34,051 nucleotides of DNA from NCBI GenBank assembly GCA_013416795.1, contig RQSC01001285.1:1-34051 (forward strand), in the 5' to 3' direction. Below, piece after piece: positions 20,280 to 29,857 of the stretch; the first letter of the stretch is position 1, and each line of letters starts with the position of its first letter. Under the pieces are notes generated by a model, which had not been told where the DNA came from, did no database searches, and saw only the letters and a list, made by a program, of their open reading frames with translations. The translations under genes were made by a program, and so were the position numbers. The stretch comes from Prasinococcaceae sp. CCMP 1430. Lineage: Eukaryota > Plantae > Prasinodermophyta.

Positions 20280-20830
20280 TACTGGCGTTATGCGACACCG
20301 GCGTGCTCCGCCTGGCGCTGGCCAGCCACTTTGCACACTTCTGGGCTGAGCGTGCGAATGTGCTGGGCGGAATTGGATGCAGTTTGATGCGGTCTTGCTA
20401 TCCCACTCGCGAAAACAAAGCGCACTCGGCCCAGCAGCAATCTCAAGGGGCGAAAACGCATGCGATTCCAGATCACATCTTCCGCCGCCGTGGCGGCCGC
20501 GGCGGCGGCTAACCTTCTGCACACGCAAACGCGGGCAGGCGGCCCACAGCGCGAGCGCTGCAACGCGCCGCGGCTGGGGGCTGGGGCGGGGGCGTCGCGA
20601 GGTCGCGTGACCCCCCCCCCCCCCCCCTCCTCCTCCCACCTGACTCCATCAATCGCGCGAGACAGGACGTGCCTGTGATGCGGGGAGCGCTGGCTCGCGG
20701 GCAGTGGGGGGCGCGGACGGCGAACCCCAAGCAACCCTAATCCCTGCTGGTGGGCTCACGGGTGTGGACGCCAGCAAGGGCGACGACGGCGACAACGGTG
20801 GTGTCGGCGACTCGCGGAGCGGCGGACTCG

Positions 20831-20962
20831 ATGGCGCAGACAGTGGACGGTCAGCAGAAGGAGCGGTTTGCGGTTGCGCTGCGGACTGAACCGGACCTCG
20901 ATGACATGCTGGCTGGTGGGCGGATGCTCCGGATGAGTGCTTTGTGTGGACAACTCGCATGA
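20831..20962 (+). CDS. Possible short ORF or first exon (43 aa, MAQTVDGQQKERFAVALRTEPDLDDML...)
   Basis: Coding-like codon usage, good ATG context, AACCCTAA telo-box-like site at 20733-20740 upstream. No family recognised and no clean continuation. Confidence 0.25.
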   Translation: MAQTVDGQQKERFAVALRTEPDLDDMLAGGRMLRMSALCGQLA

Positions 20963-21280
20963 GCACACGCAACGCGTCTTACAGGTGCGCCCGTTATGCG
21001 TGGCCTCTTGGCGCTGAGCGCTCGTGCTGCGCGCGCGTTGTTGCGTGCCTCGCGCGCGCGTGCTTTTCGCAAACAAGTCTCTGTTCGGTGATCGATAACT
21101 CGGATACACGGCATAGTTCAGTCGAGACATTGGTCTATGAGAACTCACACCATAGCATTTGTCTTTCGCTCCTATCTGAGAACAATTGTTTGTTTGTTGT
21201 TTCTGCGTGCGTTCGCGCGTGCGCGTACGCGCATGTATGTGGCGTGCTTCTGACGGCTGTCCACCGCTGGCGATGCTCTC

Positions 21281-21281
<1 letters not shown>

Positions 21282-21315
<34 letters not shown>

Positions 21316-21333
21316 GGGGGGGGGGGGGGGGGG
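21282..21333. repeat. C32 run directly abutting a G20 run
   Basis: Seen directly. Self-complementary; may be an assembly artefact. Confidence 0.9.
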
Positions 21334-21739
21334 TCTAGCTACAGCAGCCCTCTCCTGAAGGCCCAGCTTTGGCGTGATGCCAGCGGTGAGGTCAGTGCGG
21401 TCGTATCCACGTCGAGGTTGCTTCGCAGGTATGCTCGGTGCAGCTGCTCTAGCTCGCCGCTGGTGTGCTCACGCGTGGCCTGGTGCGCTTGTCGGGACGA
21501 TGACTGTAGCAATCTTACCTACATTGTATCGAGCGACGCGATGAATTCATTTGCTTCTATTCTATCAACTTCCTGACCGACAACGTCACCTGAGGGCGAG
21601 CGCGTATGCGGCGCCGCGTATATGCGTGCTGACACTGCCGCGCGTGTCGTGCACCTAGCATGCGATGTTGTACAAGACATGTAATCACAGATTAATACAT
21701 CAGGGCCACCCCCTCTGTCTCCATATTATGCCAGCGCTT

Positions 21740-23985
21740 TCATGGTGGGAGCTTGCTCGCGTTCTTGAGCTTGGTCTGTGCAATGGAGTCGAGCGTGATC
21801 CTTCGCACATCTTCCATGAGAAGGCGGGTCTGTAGCGCGAAGAAGTCCTTAGAGTCCCCAAGCAGCTGGTGCAGGTGGCCATCGACGAGCAGGTAGCGCA
21901 TCTCCTCCTCAAAGTGCCCGCGGAGCACACGCGCCGCCGCTCCCATGCCATCGCCAAGGACGAGCCGAAGCGCGCGAATGGCCCGGTACATCTGTCGTGT
22001 GCCCGAGCGGAGGCGCAGATGGGGGCGGCGAGGCAAGCGTCATGTCAGCGCAGTGTTCGTCTCGTCAGCAGCAGCAGGAGACGTATACGCGGATGCTACT
22101 CGACCTCGAAGCCGAGGCTGCGGGGCGCTGCGCTCAAGCGTACCCGCAGGGTCAGGTTCGGTTCAGCTTTCGGATCCTTCGCCCGCAGCAGCAGCCCCAT
22201 CGCGCGCTCGAAGAGCGCTCGCACTCGCCGCTCCCCTGTTTCCTCAGGCAGCGAGTTGAGCACAAGTGCGGCGGTGCAGCCGCCCTGAACCGCCTCGCCA
22301 CATATCCAGGCCTCCTCGAGCACGTCGTCGAACGACACCACCAGTTGCGCGATCAGGTCAGCGATCGTGTCGTCAGAAGAGGACGCTTCCGACAGCAACC
22401 GCGTGGTGCGCCCTCCCGCGACGGAGTTGGCAGTTGACTCCTTGAGCCGCCACACCTCCTCGTTTGAGCCGACCGACATGGCCATGTCCCCATCGGAGGT
22501 CCTGTCGATGCCAACAGCAGGACGCGCGGGCGGCGCACCCGCATGAAAGCCACGTCCCAGGTGCGCGCGCTGGCCCGAGAGAGCGGGAATACCCAGGGTG
22601 GTGCGCATCAGCGCCGCAACGTCGTGCGGCTTGGGTGCGATAGCCAGGACGCGCCGCGCAGCAACGTCCTCTGACCCCGTGAGAACGCGCGACAGGCACT
22701 GCATGGTGCGCAGCAGCAGCTGTGTGGCGAGGCGCTTCATCATCTTGCGCAACAGGCGTTCCCACCGGCTCTCCGCCATACCCTCGCTACTGGGGGGCTC
22801 GTCCGCCTCAGGGCTCACCCGCGCGGCGTGCCGAGCGAGCAGCGCCGAGGTCGCCTCCGATATCTCTGGTTCTGGCTGCGCGAAGTACGTGAGCGTCTCA
22901 ACTTTCTCAACGTCATCGACCTGCTCCCCCTCCGAGTGCGCCTGCCCAGCGAGGATGGCCCACGCTGCCATTCGAATGCTCAGGTGTGCGCGCAGCTTGT
23001 GGCTCCTGAAGAAGAGGTCCTTGAGCACATTGCTGTACCTTGCGGCGCACCCCAAGTCCTCGATGGCGTCTGCGTTTGGCGAGGCGATGTCGTACACGGA
23101 GTGCACCTCAAGGATGGCCTCCTCCAGCTCATAGAACAGCTCGCGGAGCTCCGCCGAAGTGTACTGCCCCTCGAGATGCAGCTCCTCGCCCTCAGCAAGT
23201 TCCGCTTCGCTGTTGGCCAACCCGAGCTGTTGCCCGACGCGGCCAGCGTGCGCGGCGTGCAACGCCTGCCGGAGGTAAACCCCCAGCCTCGTGGCGGGCT
23301 CGATGGTGGTCACAAGCAACCTGCGCTTGCTCGCGCTGTCCTGCGCCACATCGGTAAACGACTGTATGCGACGGGAGGGAGGCCGCAACGCCTCGACGAG
23401 TTGTCGCTCTGGGTCCTTCGCGCGGAGTAGCTGCGGCGTCGGGGGCAATGACGAAGGCGTCGACGGCTGGGTGACGTCGCTGGTACCCTTCACGAGGCTG
23501 CGCAACCGCCGGAAGAAACTGCCAGACCTAGCTGTCTCTGCGCCGCGGACGGCTTCGGTCGCCTTAAAATCAGTCTCAGGGTCGCCTACCTCTTCGACCT
23601 CGCCATTGGTCACTTCTAGCCCGTCAGCGAGATAAGAGATGCGGATTTCTGTCATGGCCTCGGCCATCTTGCTGTCCGCAAAGGTCTTGGCTGCCTTTAC
23701 CTCGAGAGGCGCGACTTGTACGTTTGTGATGTCCCTGAGGTCCACGCTGCGCACCTCCGGCGCGTAGCCACCGCGCTCGATGACGTAAAGCCTGCCAGCG
23801 GACACGGCGAGGTACCGCAACTCCATTTTGCTCTCGGCAAGCGTGAGGTCCCTCTCCGAGGCGCCATCCTGGCTGCCACCCACCTCCTCCTTCACGAAAC
23901 ACATCTCGTAGTGGCGCAAAGCGTGGCCCACGTCGGGAGGCAGCGCGCGCTGCACGCCCATGCCCTTGGTGAATGTTGAGGCCAT
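21740..23985 (-). CDS. C12orf56 / DUF4551-like protein; exons 23985-22144 and 21991-21740 (697 aa)
   Basis: Colinear resemblance to remembered human C12orf56 blocks: RALPPDVGHALRHYE ~ RHLPPEVYDAVRAYE; LRYLAVSAGRLYVIE ~ LKYVVLSDRLVYLTE; DLGCAARYSNVLKDLFFRS ~ ELKVAAQKNFILKRLFWKT; FEEEMRYLL ~ YREEFRYFI. Phase-0 intron GTACGC..CTGAC..GACAG at 22143-21992. Confidence 0.7.
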
Positions 23986-24360
23986 CGTCGCGGTGGCACC
24001 CGCTGCCCGGCGCGACGCCTTGGCAGCCCTCGAGGGCGCCCACTGCGCCTCACACCGCCGGGCCCTTCGACCCCCACCCCCACCCCCTCAGTCCTCCAAC
24101 ACGCACGCCCACACCTCCCTCGCCTCGCCGGCGCTTCGGAGCGCGCGACGCTGCGCTGGGCGGCGCCTTCGGCGGCGCGGGCGCCCGGCGCTCGAGCCCC
24201 GCCCGGCCCGCGCGCCGCCGCACGCGCGCCCCCGAGTTGCGACCGAGGCCCGTTCCCTCCCGTTCCCCGCAGCAGAGTGGCGACGGCGGCGCGCTCATTC
24301 TCATGGATGCAGGTCACCACCGCGGTGACCGTTGAAACATGAAAGAAAATGCGCTGTCGT

Positions 24361-24370
24361 GTATATATAC
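24361..24370. promoter_or_regulatory. Palindromic TATA-like box GTATATATAC in the divergent C12orf56-like / dynamin intergenic region
   Basis: Perfect 10-bp palindrome in an AT-rich island between two divergent starts. Confidence 0.4.
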
Positions 24371-24990
24371 GTGCGTTGGATTGACGATCGATCGACGCCG
24401 GGTGAGTCGCCCGTGGTGTCGTAAAACGTCTGTTTGAGTTGTAAATATATCGATTCCGGTGAAAATTGGTGTCGCACGAGCGGGCTCGCGCCCGGAAAAA
24501 AAAACGGGCCGATTTCATTTCGCGCGTCCGCGCGCGCTCGTCCGCTCCGCGCGCGGGCCGTTTCGCCTTCCGAACGCACCGTTTCTTCCGCCGGCCCGCC
24601 TCGCGGGGAAAATTTCGGAGCGAGGGACTGCCGCAGCGAGAAAAGGCAACCAGCGAAATGAAGGCGGGCGGAGCGGCCGCGCGGCGGGCGTTGTTAGCTG
24701 CGGCGGCGCGCCTGCGTTCTGACCTGGGACCGGCAGCGCCGCGCGGCGGTGGGCGTACGAACGCGCGGCGCAGCGGGGGCGCGCGCAGAGACGAGGGGCG
24801 GAGAGAGGGGCCACAGCGTGGGCGGGGTGCGCGCGCAAGCGAGCGGCCTTGCCCGCGCGTGCAAGCCCGCCTCGCCTCGCTCCGGCCCCCGCCGCGCCCA
24901 CGTTTGGGGCAGTGGCAGTGCGGGCGGCGAGCAGCGTTGCACCGCGCAGGCGCGCTGGGCGCGCTGCCGGGGGACGACGGAGGAGCCGCC

Positions 24991-27375
24991 ATGGGGTCGT
25001 CCGGCGCGCAGCACCTCGGCGCGGCGCTCATCCCTGCTGTGAACCGGCTGCAGGACATTACTGCGTCGCTCGGCGTCGATGTCGGTGTCGACCTTCCGCA
25101 GGTCGCCGTCGTCGGCGGCCAGAGCAGCGGGAAGAGCAGCGTGCTCGAAGCGCTCGTGGGGCGCGCCTTCCTGCCCCGCGCGCCGGGCATCTGTACGCGC
25201 CGCCCGCTCGTGCTGCAGCTCGTGCGCGATACGAGCGCGCGGCAGGAGTGGGCCGAGTTCCTGCACCGCCCGGGCGAAAAGTTCACAGACTTCTCTGCCG
25301 TGCGGGATGAGATTGTGGCGGAGACCGACAGGGAGGTCGGGGGTACCGACGTCAGCGACAAGCAGATCCGCCTGCGCGTGCATTCGCCGCACGTGCTCAC
25401 CATGACGCTCGTCGACCTGCCTGGCGTCACCAAGGTGCCTGTCGGCAATCAGCCGGCGGACATTGAGTCCAAGTTGCGCGCGCTCATCAATCGCTACATC
25501 AAGCACGAGACGTGCATCATTCTCGCGGTGACGCCAGCCAACCAAGACGTCGCCAACAGTGACGCGCTCCAGATTGCGCGGCAGGTGGACCCGCATGGAA
25601 ATCGCACTCTCGGAGTGGTTACAAAGTGTGACCTCGTTGACCGCGGAGCAGAGTCCACGGTAGTAGAGGCCGTGAAGGGCGGGGTCGTGCCCCTCCGCCT
25701 CGGCTACGTCGCTGTGGTTAATCGCGGCCACAAGTCCGTCGAAAGTGACGCACCCGTGCGTGAGGCGCTCGCAGCCGAGGCCGAATTCTTCAGGAGGGGC
25801 GACTTCGCGACGCTCAAGGCAATTAACGCGTCCGGGACGCCGGCGCTGGCCGCGCGCCTCAACTCCGTACTGGCGGAGCACATCGCTGCGGCGGTGCCCA
25901 CGCTGCGGGAGCAGGCGAACAAGCGTCGCAATGCCACGCTGCACGAACTCGGAGCGCTGGGAGCACCACCCGCGCGGAACACCGCCGCAGAGGCAGGCTC
26001 GAGCCTGCTTGCTGCGCTCGGTGACTTTGCTGAGAGAGTGCTGGCGCATCTCGACGGCGATGCTACCGCCTCGGGCATGGACGCGGAAGTGGATGAGGAC
26101 GAGGGAGACGAGCAGTTTGCGGGCGCCACGGAACTCTACGGCGGCGCGCGCGTAGCGCATCTTTTCGAGGAGGTCTTCCGTGGGACGCTACGCAATGCCA
26201 ACCTTGCGGCAGCACTGCCCGACTCTGTGGTGCGCTCAGCGCTCGCGAACTCACAGGGAACGCGCGCCCGTGCTGCGCTGGTCGCCGAGGCTCCCTTCGA
26301 GGCGCTCGCACGCAAGTGTATCAAGCGACTGCAGGAGCCGTGCCTGCAGTGCGCCCGCATGGTCCGCTCAGAGCTTGCCCGCATCGCCACGAGGTCAGCA
26401 GGGGCCGTGCTTGGTCGATTTCCAGCGCTCGAGGCGGCGGCGCTGGCTGAGGTAGAGGGCTTCCTTATGAGCAGCCTGATGCCGTGTGAGCAGCAGATCC
26501 GCACGCTGCTGGCTATGGAGTGCGGCTACATCAACACGCGCCACCCGAACTTCGTCGGCGCCGGCGTGGCAGCGGAGCTGGTGAGCGCGAAGGCCCGTCG
26601 TGACGCGGAGGACGCAGCAGCGGCGGCAGCGGCGGACGGCACGGCGGATGGGCCGTACGCAAAGCTCGTGAGCCATGCACTTTCATCAGCATCGGCGGAG
26701 CGTCCTTCAGAGGGCCCGCTCGCGCTTTCCGACATGCCCAACACGCTGCACGCCGGCGAGGCAAGCACGGAGGCCGAGCGCATGGAGATCGAAGTGGTGC
26801 GTCGGATGCTCGAGAGCTATTACGACATCGTGGTGTGTACGCTCTGCGACCTCGTGCCCAAGGCCGCCATGCATTTCCTCGTCGACAAGACGCGCCGCGA
26901 GCTGCGCCAGGTGCTCGTGTCGCGGCTGTACAAGGAGGAGTCGTTCGCCCACCTGCTGGCGGAGGACGAGGCCGTCGCGCAGCGGCGCAGGCAGCTGCGC
27001 GAGGAGTCGCGCGCTCTCACTGAGGCGCTCAGTGTGCTGGACAACCTGCCAAAGGAGCTTGCCGATGGGGGTTCAAAGCCGCACCCGTCGGCAGCGGCGC
27101 ACGCTCACGCCGTGACTTCGAGGAAGAGCTCGCGCGGCGCGAGCAGCGGAAGCGCCAGCAAGCAGTCAGGCCAGCAAAGGCAGCAGCGCGAGCGCGAGCG
27201 CGAGCGCGATCGATCGGCCTCGTCACCTCCACAGGTGCGCCCCTCCAAGGGCGTCGCCGGCCCTCCCGTGCGCGCGCCGCTCGTGGACAACCGGCAGCAG
27301 CGCGTGGCGCTCGAGGCCGCGACGCCCCCGAGCGCGTCCAAGCGGCGCGGGCTCTTGGGCACCATGGGCTTCTAG
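24991..27375 (+). CDS. Dynamin-related protein, DRP3/Dnm1/Vps1-like, 794 aa, intronless
   Basis: LPQVAVVGGQSSGKSSVLE (G1), GICTRRPLVLQL (G2), LVDLPG (G3), TKCD (G4), middle domain, YINTRHPNF, GED (ESYYDIVV..DLVPKAAMHFLV). No PH domain. ATG 24991 is in strong context; the upstream part of the track ORF is non-coding-like. Confidence 0.93.
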   Translation: MGSSGAQHLGAALIPAVNRLQDITASLGVDVGVDLPQVAVVGGQSSGKSSVLEALVGRAFLPRAPGICTRRPLVLQLVRDTSARQEWAEFLHRPGEKFTDFSAVRDEIVAETDREVGGTDVSDKQIRLRVHSPHVLTMTLVDLPGVTKVPVGNQPADIESKLRALINRYIKHETCIILAVTPANQDVANSDALQIARQVDPHGNRTLGVVTKCDLVDRGAESTVVEAVKGGVVPLRLGYVAVVNRGHKSVESDAPVREALAAEAEFFRRGDFATLKAINASGTPALAARLNSVLAEHIAAAVPTLREQANKRRNATLHELGALGAPPARNTAAEAGSSLLAALGDFAERVLAHLDGDATASGMDAEVDEDEGDEQFAGATELYGGARVAHLFEEVFRGTLRNANLAAALPDSVVRSALANSQGTRARAALVAEAPFEALARKCIKRLQEPCLQCARMVRSELARIATRSAGAVLGRFPALEAAALAEVEGFLMSSLMPCEQQIRTLLAMECGYINTRHPNFVGAGVAAELVSAKARRDAEDAAAAAAADGTADGPYAKLVSHALSSASAERPSEGPLALSDMPNTLHAGEASTEAERMEIEVVRRMLESYYDIVVCTLCDLVPKAAMHFLVDKTRRELRQVLVSRLYKEESFAHLLAEDEAVAQRRRQLREESRALTEALSVLDNLPKELADGGSKPHPSAAAHAHAVTSRKSSRGASSGSASKQSGQQRQQRERERERDRSASSPPQVRPSKGVAGPPVRAPLVDNRQQRVALEAATPPSASKRRGLLGTMGF

Positions 27376-27521
27376 AGAGAGAGAGATGGAGAGAGGTCGC
27401 GCTGCCAGCCCATCCCCGCGCACCCAAGCTCTAGCACCACACCAGCCTGCCAGGCACTGTATAACCATAACGATTTGTCAAGTCCATTTGGTCCCTCGCG
27501 CGCAGTTGCAGTTGCCACGAT

Positions 27522-27557
27522 GGTACAGTACACGTCAGTCAGTACTAGTACTGTACC
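27522..27557. other. Nested inverted repeats in an AT-richer intergenic pocket
   Basis: GGTACAGTA (27522-27530) pairs with TACTGTACC (27549-27557); perfect 14-bp palindrome CAGTACTAGTACTG at 27540-27553; AAACCCTA follows at about 27564. Confidence 0.7.
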
Positions 27558-27772
27558 TATGGTAAACCCTACCCTAATACTCGCTTGCGCGCGGGCGCGG
27601 TTGCGCAGCAGCCCGCCCAGTTCAAATCGGCAGCAGCTCGAAACCCCATGCAAACGAGCTCCATCTCGCGCGCCGCGCTGCGGCGCCCCTCGCCGAGGCG
27701 GGCCACACCACGCGTGTGGGGGGGGAAGGGTGGTGGTGTGTGTGGGGGGGAGCTCGGCGCCCGGCGGGGGGC

Positions 27773-29746
27773 ATGGAGGCACTGCTCGCCGCACTTGAGC
27801 GCGGCGACGCCGAGGGCGCGGCGGGTGCCTTGTGCGGGGCGGTGGCTGCGCGGGGGCGGGACACGCCCGCGGACGCGGCTTCGCGCCTCGCAGCGCTCGG
27901 CGCGCACGCAGCCGTGCGCGGAGGTGCGCTGGGCGCGGCACTGCACGCGGCGTGCCACTCGCGCGAGTGCGGCCGCGCCGTCGCAGTCGCGCTGGGTGAG
28001 CTGGAGCGGGACGAGGCCAGCGCCGCGCAAGACGCGGTGCAGCGCTATGAGGAGCTGCTCGAGATGGACGAGCACGGAGCAGAGTTGCCGCATGGCGACG
28101 TGGGTGGGGCCGCGCCATGTGCGCCTGCGGCCTCAGAGGCGTTGCTGGCAGCCGTGGCGGCAAGCGCAGCTGCTGCAGCCGATCATGCGTCCGCGCTCGA
28201 GGAGGGCGCCGCGCTGAAGGCACGAAACACGCAGCTCGCGGCTCAGCGCGACCGGCTCAGCCGCGCGCTTGCGGGGGCGCAGGCGGCCGTCGCGAGATTG
28301 GAGCCGACGGCGGCCAACGCCACAGCGGCCGCCGAGCGGGCCAAAGAGGCCGAGAGCGCGCGACTTGCCGAGGAGGCCGCCGCTGCTACGCTCCGCGCAG
28401 AACTCGCCGATATGGCGAGCTCTCTGGCTGCTGCTCGCGCGGATGGCGCCGAGGCGGAGGCGCGCGCAGAGGCCGCCGTGGCGAACTACCGGGAGAGTGC
28501 AGCGCGGGCTGAGGCCCTGCAAAGCGATGTGGCGAGCGCGTCTGCTGCAGAGTCGGTGTCCTCCAGCCGCGCAGTCGAGGCCGATCTGGCGGCTGAGGCC
28601 GCCGTCGCGCGCGCGGCGGAGCTTGAAGCCGAGCTGATCGCTGCGCGCGCGGATAGCGAGCAACAAGCGGGGGCAGCGTCCGCTGCTCGGGCTGAGGCGA
28701 CTGCAGCCAACGCTGCGCTTCTGCGGGCCGAAGCGTCGCGCCTCGAGCTTGAGAAGCGCCTTCGAGAGAGCATCAGTGCCGCCGCGCGTGGGATCAGCCC
28801 GACAGGTGGAGTGGCAGGCCAGGTGCGTGACTGGCAGGGCGACGATGTCGGCCCGGGCGGGGCGAGCGACGGGGAATCGGACGCCGTGAAGGAGCTGCGC
28901 GCGGAGCTCTCTCGAGTTGAGGCTGAGCTTGCGACTGTCCGCGCCGCGCTCGCTGCCGCGGACGCAGAGAAGCGTGACCTCGTGGCGGTGCGCGCCGCCT
29001 CAGTCAAGGAGGGGGAAATGAGGGCAGAGGCATTCGAGCGCGCTGCCGCAGCTGAGGCTGCAGCGAAAGCACTCGCAGACGAAGTGGCAACTGTGAGCGA
29101 GCTGCGGTGTGAGGTTGAGCGCCTACGCGTGACCAACGCCGAGCTGCGCGAAAAAGCCGCCGCGATTGCTGAGAATGCAATTGCGCACGAATCTGAGGCC
29201 GCTGCGGCCACGCGCACGAGTGGGGACGCACAAGCCGACCTTGAGCGCGCAAGGGCGGAAAACGCTCGGTTGGAGGCTCTTCTCGCGGAAGCCAAGGCCG
29301 GGCTTGCCGAATCGAACGCCAGCGTTCACGAGCTACAGACTAAAGTCGACCGCATGCGCGACGAGGGGAAGGCAAATATCGCGCGCATCGAAGAGATGAC
29401 AAAGCAGGTCTCTGATGCGCATGACCGCGACGTCGCTACCGCCGCGAAGAACCATGAAGAGCGCATCCTGACCATGTCTTCCGAGCTGGAGGCCAAGACC
29501 GCGGCGCTGGCTGAGTCCGAGGCGCGACGCAGAGACCTCTCAGAAAGAATGGCGATCGAGCAGCGTCTCATGGTGAGCGCTTGGTACGAGGTCAATCTTG
29601 AGCTTCAGCGGGCGCACGCAGAAGCGGAGCTTGGGCTGCGCGATGGCGTCGCAAACGGACAGCAGGTGCCACACACGCCGGTGTCGAAGCTGGCGCTGCT
29701 TCGCGGCAAGGCCGCTGGCGATGGCACCAGGGCGACGAAAGCATGA
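27773..29746 (+). CDS. Long coiled-coil protein with Hook-family C-terminal motif, 657 aa, intronless
   Basis: Ala/Glu/Arg heptads over about 500 aa. EQRLMVSAWYEVNLELQR resembles the conserved Hook motif EEKLIVSAWYN (fungal LMASAWYDL). Coding status is solid; the family call is tentative. Confidence 0.6.
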   Translation: MEALLAALERGDAEGAAGALCGAVAARGRDTPADAASRLAALGAHAAVRGGALGAALHAACHSRECGRAVAVALGELERDEASAAQDAVQRYEELLEMDEHGAELPHGDVGGAAPCAPAASEALLAAVAASAAAAADHASALEEGAALKARNTQLAAQRDRLSRALAGAQAAVARLEPTAANATAAAERAKEAESARLAEEAAAATLRAELADMASSLAAARADGAEAEARAEAAVANYRESAARAEALQSDVASASAAESVSSSRAVEADLAAEAAVARAAELEAELIAARADSEQQAGAASAARAEATAANAALLRAEASRLELEKRLRESISAAARGISPTGGVAGQVRDWQGDDVGPGGASDGESDAVKELRAELSRVEAELATVRAALAAADAEKRDLVAVRAASVKEGEMRAEAFERAAAAEAAAKALADEVATVSELRCEVERLRVTNAELREKAAAIAENAIAHESEAAAATRTSGDAQADLERARAENARLEALLAEAKAGLAESNASVHELQTKVDRMRDEGKANIARIEEMTKQVSDAHDRDVATAAKNHEERILTMSSELEAKTAALAESEARRRDLSERMAIEQRLMVSAWYEVNLELQRAHAEAELGLRDGVANGQQVPHTPVSKLALLRGKAAGDGTRATKA

Positions 29747-29857
29747 ATCGCAACGACAAAGCAAGCGAATGTACACTACTTTACATCAGAATGAATATGA
29801 TACATTGGGCGCACCTTCAGGCGCGACTTGCAAGCGCGTTGCAAAGCTGCAGAAGAC

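Noticed and set aside
20900-20985. CSG-TGA (CxxU-like) reading suggesting a selenoprotein
   Set aside because: Flanking residues match no selenoprotein family I know, the frame has poor codon bias, and I can identify no SECIS.
20944-21576. 210-aa ORF with poly-Pro/poly-Gly
   Set aside because: The Pro/Gly run is just the C/G homopolymer; GTG start, weak codon bias, reads through intron-like sequence.
24466-24990. 175-aa N-terminal extension of the dynamin ORF
   Set aside because: Non-ATG start, Arg/Gly/Ala low complexity, promoter-like sequence; homology begins right after ATG 24991.
17471-27375. Two dynamin-superfamily genes (FZL, DRP3-like) within 5 kb as a cluster
   Set aside because: Distant subfamilies acting on different membranes, separated by an unrelated gene; no sign of duplication or co-regulation.
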